Of a stretch of 64,000 bases of DNA, positions 1-13,217 are shown in pieces. Below the pieces are notes generated by a model, which was given only the letters and a program-made list of their open reading frames with translations, was not told where the DNA came from and searched no databases. This DNA comes from Octopus sinensis. Lineage: Eukaryota. A program made the position numbers and the translations under genes. The DNA lies in assembly GCF_006345805.1 (NCBI RefSeq), contig NC_043004.1:8494001-8558000 (forward strand), given 5' to 3'. Numbering within the stretch: position 1 is the stretch's first letter; every line of letters begins with the position of its first letter.

Positions 1-480
1 AAAGTGTTCTGCGTAGCAGTGCCTAGTAGTGCAATTTTCTGTATGTTATATGTGTTTGTAAGTCCTGGTGTTTTTGTTATGTATTTGTCTGAATATTTTT
101 TTATCATGCCTAATGCACCTACTATGATAGGAATTGTTTCTGTTTTCAGGTTCCACATTCTAGTTACCTCTATTTCCAGGTCTTTGTATTTTGAGAGTTT
201 CTCCATTTCTTTTAGAGACACGTTGTCATCTGCTGGTATTGATACATCAATTAGAAAGCATTTTTTTTCTTCATGATCTCTGACAACTATATCTGGTCTG
301 TTGGCCTTAATTTCTCTATCTGTGTATATCGGCATATCCCAGAGTATGGTTGCTTTCTCGTTTTCTGTGACCTTTTCTGGTGTGTGCCTATACCATCTTT
401 TTTCTGTTGTTATTCCATAATGTTGGCATAGCTTCCAATGTATGTAGGTTCCAACTCTGTCATGTCTGTGAATATATTCC
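1..480 (-). mobile_element. R4/Dong-like non-LTR retrotransposon, 5'-truncated C-terminal RLE endonuclease region (runs off window edge)
   Basis: Manual minus-strand translation is open: EYIHRHDRVGTYIHWKLCQHYG...ILWDMPIYTDREIKANRPDIVVRDHEEKKCFLIDVSIPADDNVSLKEMEKLSKYKDLEIEVTRMW...IPIIVGALG. This has the RHD, RPDI..D and K..KY motifs of RLE-type LINEs. The 5' junction abuts a (TAA)n array. Confidence 0.9.

Positions 481-560
<80 letters not shown>
481..560. repeat. (TTA)n/(TAA)n microsatellite
   Basis: About 26 perfect TTA units, read directly. Confidence 0.98.
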
Positions 561-561
<1 letters not shown>

Positions 562-3303
562 CGTTGCATATGCAAATCTCAAAATGGTTGCACTCTCTGC
601 TGGACATGGCAACAAAATATTTCTCTTAAACAGTAGCCAACCGTCTTTAATCTCATATTAATCAATATAATCCTAGATATACTCTGACTGGAAAAAGCGA
701 CTTCTTTCCCTAAGCAGGAACCCCTACGCTGGTCACAATACACTTGACACCGTTTTAGCATTCAAATGACACCGCGCGTACACACACATACACGCATACA
801 CACACTCTCACACACACACACGCGCGCGCGCACACATATACACACACACTCAAGCATCTGCTGCAGCATGTTTATGAATAAATGCAGCTGAAAGATGAAT
901 TAATGAAACTCTGTAACAAACGCTTCTTCATGTAGAAAAAATGCAAAGTAAATAAACTGATGGAAACGAACAAAAGAAAATATTCAGTTCTTAGCCCTGG
1001 GCATTCCTTTAAACCACTTCCGGTTGTGGGTTTCTGTTGCAGGAATTCCAGTGTTTTGTGGAGTGAGCATCTACCTCTTAACCATTATTGTTCCAAGTTC
1101 TACTCTGCCCCGGAGTAGTAAAATTGTCAGGATCCGAGCAATGGGTTAGCTAAAATACCAGGGAATTGCCCTGGAAAACGATGACGCACAGACACCCCAA
1201 CAGACCACGGGCATATGAGGTCGCTTCAGTTCTTTAGCTGCTCATCTGAGAGAAGTTAACTCCATACAGCTCCTGCTACAGAGCCAGTGGCATTTGTTGC
1301 AGTAGACCAATACAAGTTTGAAGGACGAGAGTAGAGCAGGCTTTTCACAAACCATACTACTATAATAAAACTCTATTGCCTTGAAAGATAAGGGAGTAAA
1401 CACCTACAGAAAATCTAGAGGCAGGGAACCTAAGGCTCCCTGCTATAATTAACCAATATATGGCATCACCTGCGGCCTCGTGGGTGCTGCGAACGTACTG
1501 ACGTGTAATTTCTTCGTGGCGTGTGCATTGGTGAAGAGATGGTAAGTGTAGTTGGGGTAAGGCATATGGTTCTGGAAACAGTCCGGGCACAGCAGAAATG
1601 GTTCAGATACTCTCTCTGCAATACTGTTGATCTGTGTCGAAAAGGCCAACCATTCTGTATTCAAATAAATTGACGAAACACACGCAGCGAAATCTCAGCA
1701 TTAGCAGTAGATGTTTGCTCTTCTAAATGACCAAATGCTAAACAATTCGACTAATGTCCTCTCTGTATTAAGTTACCAGACCCTTGACGGATGTCTTAGT
1801 TAATTAACTGTGTCAAAACTGCAATCACGAGATTTTACGATATTTCTGAAATTGCTTGCGGTTTATTTTACGTAGAGGTCCTGCAGAGACTCAACTTGTT
1901 AGGGAGCCATGAAAACATCATACTTAGAACGTGTTCCTTATCTGCAACTTTTATCTGTGATTAATCGTCCCTGGAACTAAATCCTATATAACATCTTCGC
2001 TGAAGATCGACCGCACAGATATGAATATATAAGTATTAAGGGAAATATATTTTTTGTTATGTACTCTCATTACCAGCTAATGGTCAATAAGAGAAAAGAA
2101 AATCTAGATGATATATTTCTTGTAGTTATAAGTGTATGTGATTTCGTGATGGTTTTACAAGGAGTTCAAGGAGAACGTGTCTTAAACCCTATCGCTGTGA
2201 GCGGAAGTTGATTGGAGTAAATGGGAGAGTAACCAAACACAGATGCGGAGCTGTTAATTTATGACAATTCCTTGGGACATTTTCCTTAAATTATTCGCAG
2301 GACGTCCTTAATAATGAATGAGAATTTCTTTTTTTTCTCTTGCGTTGATATAATTAATAATACATGAATCTATATGCGTAGAAATATTGTCGTCTGAAGA
2401 CGTAAATGTAAACATAATTGCATAAATGCATACAAGGAAAGTAGAGCTACATGATTACACGCATTAGAAAATACACACATGCCCCCCCCCCTCGCTCACA
2501 CGCACATATACACACACAAACATACACATGTATTAATATAGGAAAATATGTATGTATATTTATTTACACACACACACACACACTCACCACCCGTTTCCCC
2601 CACCCTATTTCTATTCTCATCCCTAGACAATTCGAACTATGCTTATCCTTTATTCATTTTGGTCTTTCTTTCCCGTGAACACATTAAAATGTAATTTTTG
2701 GTTTACAAAATTCGAAAACCTAAGAATTCTCAAAAATTTCTCTCCTATTAAAATTTCAAATACTTTTTATTGAAATATGTTTCTTCATGTTGTTATTACA
2801 CAATCGACTCTTTTGATCAGAACAATTCAAAACACGAGCGATGACAATTGCATTTCCTTTTTAGGATATAATTATATACCTTAGGGGTTATATTATCAAC
2901 ATCCTCTTTTAAAAGAGCAGGATGCAATTTGATGATGTGGCTATTAAATCTTGCAGGTCAATCGCTTATACATAAATACAGGCTTCTTCATTAGTTTGAT
3001 ATGTTAGTTAGCAGAATCAATAAACACCAGCGTTGATCCGTTCATGTCTGACCTGTGGCCGAATATTAGTGGTTTTCTGCTGAAATGCCTTCGTGCTAAA
3101 TAATGTTTTTCACATTTGCGGAATTAATGAAATGAGAACTTGTCAAGTCGTGATCCAGGTAAATCGACTTTAATCTTGGATAATGTTAGAAAAATTTCAG
3201 AAATATCAATTATAAAGTTTCAGACTCTACGACACATTTGTCAACAGAGTATTTCACTGAGGCCTTTTACGTGAATTTATATATATATATATATATATAT
3301 ATT

Positions 3304-3376
<73 letters not shown>
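3304..3376. repeat. (TATC)n microsatellite at the 3' end of the CR1-like LINE
   Basis: Perfect TCTA units adjoining the LINE 3' end. Confidence 0.95.
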
Positions 3377-3378
3377 TT

Positions 3379-4215
3379 TATTGTTTGATCGATTTCAGCT
3401 CAAACCTGCAGTTATGCTTTGCTACGAGAGCCTCCTCTGATATGAGAAATTTAGTGAATAAAGGAGTTTGATATCGCTGCCCTCATTTGCACCTCCTGCC
3501 ACGTGGTAGGTTCATCTGGAACTCTCGACAGGAAGAGATCCAGTTTTGATTTGAAAATACCTACATCCACTTTGTGTATATCTCTCAGGCTCTTTGGGAG
3601 AATATTAAAAGTTGTGGGCCCTTAAAACCTAGGCTGTTGCAGTAACTGGTCCTGAAACGCGACGGCAGTGTTGGGATCTTTGGCACTGTGTAGCATTCAT
3701 TGCCAAAATTTGGTATAATCCCTTCCAGGATCTTCCAGATATATTACTGCATATCTTTCTTGCCTTTGCTCCAGGGAGTAGAGTCTTAGCTGTTTCAGCC
3801 TTTCCCAGTAGTTGAGCTGTTGCAATGAGACGATCTTCATCGTGTAGCTTCACTGGTTTACTTCAAGGTCTGCTATTAATTTTACACGGTTGGGTGACCA
3901 TAGTTGGGAGCAGTTGTCCAGGCGGCTGAGGACCATCATGGTTTCTTTCCTTCTCTCTGGCTCTGAAGCTCTACAGGATCAAGCCAGTCGGCTGTCTGCA
4001 CTTTGTGACCATCTTGGTAATGTGCACTTGGAAAAAGATATCCTCACTCATGTCGATACCCAGTTCACGCACGGATTTAGGTTCTGGGATTGTAATCCTC
4101 CTTGGTCCGGTGTACTCTGTAAGATTTTCGTTCAATTTTGGGTGCTGGTAGCGCAGGGCTTGGAATTTCGTATCGTCTGCGTATGTAGCGAAGGTGACTA
4201 TCCGAGCAGCTGAGG
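3379..4215 (-). mobile_element. CR1/L2-clade LINE, degenerate 3' fragment (RT C-terminus)
   Basis: Minus strand gives YADD (4172-4183), ELGIDMS, SRLDNCSQLWSP and LNYWERLKQLRLYSLEQR, with stops and frameshifts. Confidence 0.85.
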
Positions 4216-4447
4216 ATTGTAGGTCCGGATTCGGCCCGGAATGTTTTTAATTTACTCACGGAATCAGCCTGATTCCAAAATGGTATGAAATGTTGGGCTA
4301 CGGCCTCTAGGAGTAAAGTTGAAAAAGCATGTCACACTGACACACTGACATTTACATTTATTATATTATATTATATTATATTATATTATATTATATTATA
4401 TTATATTATATTATATTATATTATATTATGTTATATTATATTATATT

Positions 4448-4669
4448 AAGGCGGCGAGCTGGCAGGATTGTGAGCACGCCGGGGGAAATGCTTAGTGATG
4501 TTTCGTCTGCCTTTAGGTTTGAGTTCGAATTCCGCCGAAGTCGACTTTACCTTTCATCCTTTCGGGATCAATAAAATTAGTACCATTACGTACTAGGGTC
4601 GATGTAATCGACTTAAACCCTTCCCACCCCCAAATTTGAGGCCTTGTGCTTCCAGTAGAAAGGATTTAT
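4448..4669 (+). mobile_element. SINE family A copy (head AAGGCGGCGAGCTGGCAG...)
   Basis: tRNA-like head with B-box-like GAGTTCGAATTCC; same sequence recurs at 6393, 14156, 19508(-), 24463 and 48277. Preceded by (ATATT)n. Confidence 0.85.
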
Positions 4670-4751
4670 TAAAGTTGAAAAAGTGTGACACACTGACATT
4701 TATTATATCAGATATGTTTAATTTTGGGGAAACTTTATTTCAATTAAAACG

Positions 4752-4790
<39 letters not shown>

Positions 4791-4841
4791 TGATTGATGA
4801 TTGATTCTAGTTTCAGCTCACGAGCTGTGGCCATGCTGGGG

Positions 4842-4872
<31 letters not shown>

Positions 4873-5102
4873 ATGTATCAAAGAAAGCAAAAAATAAAAC
4901 AAAAATGATAGTGTTCAGTATGTTGGCGACAGGAATTTCTGTCAAAGAGACATGGCTAAACAATCCCTCTAAACATCCTCTCCCTCTTTCTCTCTCTTTT
5001 ATTATTACTCCCACTGCCGCCATCAGCACAACTACTTTTAATAAAACATCATCAACTTTCCCTAAATTTCTTTGTCTCTCTTTCTCTCCCTCTCTTTTTC
5101 TT

Positions 5103-5137
<35 letters not shown>

Positions 5138-6392
5138 GTTTTCACCACCGTCTTCACCGTCTCTATGCCTACTATTACTCTCACCCCATCATGAGGAATA
5201 GTAAGAGTGTAATTGACTAGTGAAAAAGGGGGTCAAAGTGTGACACACTGACATACAGAAATGAGTTTTTGCGTTTATAATATATATATATAATTATTGT
5301 GTCTGGGGAAAGTCATTCTCTTTTAGTGCCTTATTACTCAACACATTTATTTTTTCTAAAGGCGGTGCTCCAGTTAGGCCGCACATCAGATAACTAAAAC
5401 AAATAAAAGAATAAAAGAAAAAGAAAACAAAGAATATCTTCAGACGCAGAAATGAGATTAAAGTTTCGCTTATGTAAGAATGTTCTATGTCAAGAAAATA
5501 TACAGAAATACGCACACGCACGCACACATACACACACCACACACACACACACAGTCTCTCTCTCACATAGTTTGAATGTGTGTGTGTATGTGGGAGAGGG
5601 AGATAGATATATATATATATAGAGAGAGAGAGAGAAAGAAAGAATATTTGCTTGAGTGCATGTGTGTATTGCAAAGTGTTTATAGGACAATCGCAAAATC
5701 AGAAACTGCTCCAGGCTACGTATTTAGCTGTAAAGAGTAAAATGTGCTCCAGATTCTCTTGTTGCTTTGCACGGAGTTTTCTGAGAGAGAGAGAGGGGGG
5801 GGCGAGGGGGGCGTTATAAGACCTACATTAATTCGCATATTTGATGCTCCATTGCACATCTTTCATCCGATTGTATAGTGTTCTGCTATTTGAGCTCAAA
5901 TTCTGCTCGGCGAAATTAGTGAATCTGTAGCTATATGAAATTCATATAGCTACTGTAAAGATTAATAACTTCAAATTTCTATTATTCATGTACAATTCCC
6001 GCTAAGTTGATGATTACCTTACGATGTATCGGAGTTTTTGTAATGAAAACACACGCGAGAAGCTTTTTGATTTTATATCAAATAAAATCCCTAACTGATT
6101 GTCTGCTTTCCATCAACGGGACTGACGTAGGAGCAGCCCCCTATGTGGTAGTTCATGGAAATATTAACCAAATATTCCAATAATGACGACACGTTGTATA
6201 ATGCACTCTTGGGTTTCATGCACATTAGGAAAAAAGACGGGATCGCCACAGCTTGAATGCCTTTCATCGTAAGTCTAGTCTATCAGGACTCACCTAGGGT
6301 TAAACAACTGCAAATATAATAACGAGCGAACATAATCTGTCATTATTATGTTTCCTCGTCTTATGTTAACCCTGCTTCATTATAAATATCTG

Positions 6393-6609
6393 AAGGCGGT
6401 GGGCTGGCAGAATCGTTAGCACGCCGGGCGAAATGCTTACCGGCATTTTGTCTGCCGCTACATTGTGTTCGAATTCCGCAGAGGTCAACTTTGCCTTTCA
6501 TCCTTTCGGGATCGATAGATTAAGTACCAGTCACGCACTGGGGGTCGATGTAATCGATGATCTCCTCCCACCCCAAATTTCAGGCCTTGTGCCTATAGTA
6601 GAAAGGATT
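6393..6609 (+). mobile_element. SINE family A copy
   Basis: Aligns by eye end to end with the 4448 copy. Confidence 0.85.
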
Positions 6610-6724
6610 GTAAATACATCCGCTTACCTTTGCCAAAAAATAAATAGAAAACTAATTTGTGCATCCTTGATTCCAATTTTGCCCTCTTCCCTCAAAACTC
6701 TTTCTAAAAATTTAAGTGACAAAA

Positions 6725-7110
6725 TATGGGCTGTTATGATGGATGTTGCAATCCATTTTGCAATCTTCATTCTCGGTGACTCATTCTGAGGTTTTCTCAT
6801 ACCACATCTTTGTTCTCCAAACAGTCTTCTACTGATATTAACACTCTTCTACCATCCTTTCCAGGTATGTATAATCTTGCTACTCCTGCCCTTGGGTGGA
6901 GTCCTCCATTCATATTGAATTCCTTCCTAGTTCTTCCTAGCTTTGCTAATTCAGTTTTTGTCCAATCTACAAAAGCTGCTGAATATCTAAGTAATGATAT
7001 TGCCCAAGTATTTACTGCCTTAATTAGATTCGGACCGTTTAGCTTTGACTTCGTTAGCTTTCTCACCCTTCTGATCCACTCCTTTAAGGGTCCGGTTTCA
7101 TTTTCGCTGA
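6725..7110 (-). mobile_element. R4/Dong-like LINE fragment (RT thumb region joined by deletion to the start of the RLE region)
   Basis: ORF 6797-7237 contains RRVRKLTKSKLNGPNLIKAVNTWAISLLRYSAAFVDWTKTEL...LHPRAGVARLYIPGKDGRRVLISVEDC. Downstream WYEK..VTENEDCK resembles the pre-endonuclease segment. Confidence 0.85.
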
Positions 7111-7759
7111 GGCAACCAGAGTTTCTTCGGAAACTCCTGTCTCTCAAACCCTGAGATAAGGTAAAGTTTGTCACCATCGTCATAACCACTATTATTTCTG
7201 TTGCACCTTTGTGCTGGTGGGGTGGCATATGCTGCATTTTTCTAGTGTGTGTGTGTGTGGGGGGGATGGATATTGTATTGTATCAGTATGTTTTGTTATG
7301 GGGTTTGGTTTGAGTCTTCTGTTGTATTAGTTTCTGTATTGTGTGTTTTTTGTGCAGCGCAGTTCGTGTTCGTCTGTCGGGTATCGGCCTTCTATGGCAC
7401 ACGTTGTAGTCTTTGTTCATTTTGTTAGGTGTTTACAGTTTGCGTTTATTCTTGCATGTTTTTTGTGGGGTGTTGCTTAGTAGTGTATGTAGATCATAAA
7501 TTAAGTATTTCATACTATTTACGATTATGTGTCCACCTTCTCTTTTGGTTGGTTTTGTTTTTTCAGCATTTACTTTTTAACTGAACACCGCCTACAGACA
7601 TCTCTTGCTGTTTCTTTCGTAGTTATAACCGTAATTATAATTATTATTGATGTATCATCTATCAACTATTTCATAGTATTTATGATTATCCGTTCGCCGT
7701 TCTTTCTCTTTATTATTATTATTTTTATCATCATCATCATCATTATTATTATTATTATT

Positions 7760-8335
7760 GAGTGAGAGAGCAGTGCATGCCATCAAAGTGACACTGGGGT
7801 AAAATATATGAAGCCCAGTATACCCATCATGACCACCCGTCTGATAAGGGTATACCAGGCACATGCATCGCAACCATATGTGCGCGACATGGTGATCTCA
7901 TATCAAGATAAACAGTGCATGACCTTGCAGGTGGGGCCCAGTTAGAATTTCTTCTGGTCGAGTAACCCATCCCGTTCAAAAGGTCCCTGAATAAGAATTG
8001 TTTAAGGATGTTGAATGAACCACCCATGTTTCCAAAGGTGAATTATCCAAAACTCCGAGACTTCCTTTCAACAGACGTTTATGATGCTCCCCCACTACTT
8101 CTGCTCGTGGTCAGGGATGCACATATCGTCAGCCACTAAGGGACATGCTCAACTGGTTAAGGTCAAACAACAGACAAGCAAATCTGTGGTATTGAGCAGA
8201 ATATTTGCTGTAGCCCATCTTTTATACCAAGACAAAACATGTACATGATAACACTTCCAATCAGTTGAGATCAGAAGCCATGAGAGCCGCTGTCTGGTAC
8301 TGCATCAGGGCATTGCTACTGCATCAGGGCATTGG
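7760..8335 (-). mobile_element. Non-coding interspersed element embedded in (TAA)n, probable 3' portion or derivative of a TAA-targeting LINE
   Basis: About 575 bp of complex sequence bounded by (TTA)n on both sides; 18-bp tandem duplication TACTGCATCAGGGCATTG at one junction; an internal part is copied at 9187-9273. Family assignment is inference. Confidence 0.6.
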
Positions 8336-8348
8336 GGGTTCGTCCGGG

Positions 8349-8350
<2 letters not shown>

Positions 8351-8406
<56 letters not shown>

Positions 8407-8419
8407 ATCATTATTAGTG

Positions 8420-8471
<52 letters not shown>

Positions 8472-8510
8472 AAGTAGTAGCAGTAGTAACAGCAGTAGTA
8501 GTTGTATTTT
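8351..8510. repeat. Compound (TTA)n-(TAG)n microsatellite
   Basis: Read directly. Confidence 0.97.
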
Positions 8511-10667
8511 TTGCATCAGTTTATGAAATGGTCCAGCAGTTAAACATCTTCGTAGACTTCTCAATTTATGTAATTGAAATGTGTCCCTGTCAAGGTTTCC
8601 CAAGCACTCTTAAAGCCGCTGTTGATTTATTGGTCGATTTTATTCCTAAGAATGTTACCAAAGTGAACATACAGACCAGGAAGCCGAACATAATTCCTAA
8701 ACAAAAGTCTGCTATTTCTCTATCGCATACGAACATAAAGGAAATTTATAAATAAATCTAAAATACCCCGAGGTATTTCAACTTCATTTGTTTACGACGA
8801 AACTCCTGATTTATGACAAGATAAACATTAATGACTGCAGTACGACGATTACTGCTGTCGGCCGTGTTGGTTTGGTTTTAATTTCTTTAAATAAATAAGT
8901 AGTTAAAAAGTTCTGGCAGGCGGTTAATTGATTTAACACATGGCAAAAAGATCTTGGAAAGTCTTAATATCAGAATATTATCTATTGAAAATGTTTAACA
9001 GAACTCGTTGTCATCGATGCCATGTATGGTCCACCAGCAGCGCATTGAGGACGCTATAACGAAAATATTCCTCATTAAGCGCGAGTTCTCCATCTGTCTT
9101 ACCACTCTTGTGCTATTGTCCATCCATTGCGTTCTTTGACTGTCTTTGACTACCCTCGACTCCTCCCTTCCAGGATCATATTTTCTAGCCCAGTATACCC
9201 ATCATGACCACCCGTCTGATAAGGGTATACCAGGCACATGCATCGCAACCATATGTGCGCGACATGGTGATCTGTAGACTACTTAAATTTTAATGAGTTG
9301 CTTTTACTATTAAAGATGATTTGTATATTTCTAGTTATAATTAATGTAATCATATTTTTCATACGATTTTGTCCAAAACAGAGCTTGGGGCCACTGCAGA
9401 GAAGGTTAAGAAGACTACATATCCGAATGATGTCGATTGATAGAAAACTTAAAGGACTGAATTCGATAGAGCAGAGCGAAATGAGATGGAAGTGAGTTCT
9501 AGAGAGCAACAGTTTGAGGACAGAACCTGTTAGAATAAAGCGACGCATGACTAAGAGGAACCTCAACAGAGAACTGATGCACCTGGGAAGAGAAGCAGGT
9601 GACACGTTTAAAGGGCTCGATAGAGGGCGCTAGAGTAGACTGTTAATCAAAGCAATGAACATAGAATTAATTAGTTGCTGTGATATCCTTGGTGTTCTGT
9701 TCTTTTTTAGTTATAATTAGAAACACGAGAAGCCCGATAGATGACGAAATGGTTAAAACTAGATAAAACACCTGGCATGCCTTTACGTTCTGAGTTCAAA
9801 TCCTGCCAAGTGAAGCGTTTGGCTTTCATCATTGAAGTCAGTAAAATACTTGAATTAGTTTCTGTTCTTTAAATTCAGATTGACCCCGAGTGAACAAATA
9901 TATGAACAAAGGAATCCCAGCCGTGACCATCTCCTTTTATTAGTCATTCTGCATATAGAACTACAATATCTAAATTATAATGACTTTTTTCATGACATTA
10001 CAGTGTGATATGAGGGACAAGTGACTGCTATTTCTAGGAAGTAGAGTGACCACCTTGTAGTAGCGTTTCTTCTATCCGGAAGTTTTAGTAAAGTAAAAGA
10101 ACGATTTCAAAGGAAGTCACATCAATAATAAAATCATTTTCCAATCTCCGTCCATGTAAGACATCGTTATTCCATTAGAAATGTATTGGTGATGTACGGA
10201 GTAGCGCACAGTGAACAATGTAATACGTACAGTGTTTCCATATAAGGTATAATGTTCTGTCTACAGTGCAACGACGCACGCGCGCGCGCGTGTGTGTGCG
10301 CGTTATAAAGATACTACATCGAAGAACGTGCTTGAAACTTTCATAAGCTGATCGATAGCGAAAACTTTTCAGCAAAATGTGATGCAACATGTGAAAACAT
10401 CACTAATATTTTCACAGTAAAACTATTATGTGAATACATTTGTTATGTGAAGACATAACTTTTTATCTTTATGAAAATACACATAGAAATATTTACATCC
10501 TATGTTAACAAAAACCTTTCGTGTTCACAGAAATAAATAGAACATATATAAATTTAGCGCATTTGAAACCATTTTCTTCTTATTTTTCATACGTATACAC
10601 ATGTATGTGAATATATATAATATATATATGTACATACATACATATATATAATATATATGTATATATG

Positions 10668-10698
<31 letters not shown>

Positions 10699-10881
10699 GC
10701 TATATATATATATATATATATAACTATATATACATTATATACATATACATACATATATGTATATATGAATATATTTTTGTGCGTATGCATGTGTGTGTAT
10801 GTGTATGTGCGTGTGTGTGTGTTTGTACAGATAATTGCACACATAGAGAGCCAAACAGGTAGCTAGATAAATAGATAGATG

Positions 10882-10918
<37 letters not shown>

Positions 10919-11499
10919 TTAGAGAGAGAGAGAGAGAGAGATGGATGGGAGAAAATTGTGAACAAGAAAGAAATATTCATGACGGGAATCGTTACTTTAT
11001 AGTTTAACGACGACAATGATGAGTTGGAGAAATTATTGGAGAAACCCGAGTTCCATGTGTCACGTAATAAGGTCTAATGACTTCTAAACAATATCTCTTG
11101 AAGCATATTAACGTAAACAGAGAGAAAACAATTACCCAGAAGAAGGTCGAAAATTACTGGAGAAACTCGAAGACAAGCTGTAATTACGTGCTCTTCGTGT
11201 TGCTTCGTTGAAATCAAGCTAAGAACACGAGGCATTTCCCAAGAACATCAACGGAAAAGGCCACCTCAGTTGACATGCTGTACTTTGGCAGATTATTCTT
11301 AATGGATTATCACGGTCTTTCAAGTAGCAGCCATTAGTGTCGACCGGAGGAATGAGAAGACTTGCAAATATGGACGCAATCTTTGTCTTTGGCCTCGTCG
11401 AAGCATTTTTATGTGTTTATGTACGAGAAAATAAGTACCCACACCTCTCTCCCGTGTCTACTGTCCCCTTCACTCACACTCTTTTCCTCCCTATATGTG

Positions 11500-11621
11500 T
11501 ATGTATGTATGTATGTTGTATGTATGTATGTATATATGTATATATATATACATATATACATAATATATGAATATTATATATATACATATGTATATGTATG
11601 TATATATATATATATATGTAT

Positions 11622-11654
<33 letters not shown>

Positions 11655-11655
11655 G

Positions 11656-11711
<56 letters not shown>

Positions 11712-11772
11712 AAATGTAGATATGTATATAAGCATATTTATGCACACGCATACACATATATATGTGTGTATA

Positions 11773-11837
<65 letters not shown>

Positions 11838-11864
11838 CATACACACACACATACATGTATATGC

Positions 11865-11896
<32 letters not shown>

Positions 11897-12050
11897 CTAT
11901 ATATATGTATACACATAGATACATATACGTACGCACAACCACATACACACACATATTTATGCGGGCGTATATGTATGTATGTATATATATATATGCATAT
12001 GTATGCGTGTGTGTGTATGTGTGCGCGCGCATGCGCGCGTGTGTGTGTGT
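11500..12050. repeat. Compound (TA)/(TG)/(TATG)/(TATC) microsatellite block; similar blocks occur throughout the window
   Basis: Read directly; source of many spurious YI/CV-rich ORFs. Confidence 0.95.
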
Positions 12051-12280
12051 GGAAGAGAAAGAGGGAGAGAGGAAGTGGATATTTTAGAAAACAATGTTAA
12101 GATTCACAATGAGAGTTATTCAAGACATGTTCATTGGCTCTGAATAACTTACAGGATGTGTGTTACACATTCACATGACAAGATGCTATTTTCGTCCGCC
12201 AAACTAATCACACACACACGCTCTACGGCATTCGGATGGAATACGGGTACATGGGATGCTTTCAGAAATGTAATCATCTT

Positions 12281-12322
<42 letters not shown>

Positions 12323-12366
12323 GTAGCAGTGGTGGTGGTAGTAGTAGTGTAGTAGTAGTGGTGGTG

Positions 12367-12406
<40 letters not shown>

Positions 12407-12506
12407 AAGTATAGAGAAAGAGAGAAAAAGAGGGAAAATAGAGAAAATGAGGTGAAAATAGAGAAATAGATTATATACATGAATATATATACCTATGTAT
12501 ATATAC

Positions 12507-12540
<34 letters not shown>

Positions 12541-13145
12541 ATATACATTATATATGTATATGAACATATATATATGGTAATATACATACAACATATATAT
12601 ATATATATATGTGTGTGTTATATATATATGCAGGTATGTATTATATATATATGTATGTATATATGTGATAATATATATATATATTATATATATATATATA
12701 TATATTAATGTGTGTGTGTGTGTATTATATAATATATATCCTATATATATATACACTATATATACATAGATATATACACGCACATACAGTCTGTATCTGT
12801 ATCTGTTTGGTGCTTGTAATGTATTGATAGATCCGTGGGTGTGTTTGTGTTGTGTGTGTGTATGTGTGTGTGTGTGTGTGTGTGTGGAGGCGGTGATGAA
12901 TTCTCACGTCAGTCAGTCGAAGCATGAAAGTATTTTGACGGCATGATTTCCCATCTTTATTCAGTCCCTTAAAAAATACATCACAGTAAGTGCTTACCCT
13001 ATTTCACCCTTCATCCTGGAGCAACATCCACCGTGCCGATCCTTTGGCGTCGTTACAGTCTGCAATCTCGAACTGAGATTATATGCCAGCTTCTCAATGA
13101 TTTCCATGCTAGACACAAAATTCTTGTCAACCCTTTAACGTAATA

Positions 13146-13185
<40 letters not shown>

Positions 13186-13217
13186 CCCTCACACACAATC
13201 ACTCGCGTATGTTTTTT

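Noticed and set aside
1440-1547. TATA-like CTATAATT, a CpG-richer stretch and donor ATG|GTAAGT suggesting a first exon
   Set aside because: The signals are short and common; cannot be supported without TSS data.
8590-8696. Minus-strand segment reading like a transmembrane helix plus tail (GIMFGFLVCMFTLVTFLGI...)
   Set aside because: It is the exact antisense of an A-rich open frame, which yields hydrophobic residues by default; no other support.
10237-10246. CArG box CCATATAAGG
   Set aside because: Several such 10-mers are expected by chance in 64 kb of AT-rich DNA; no supporting context.
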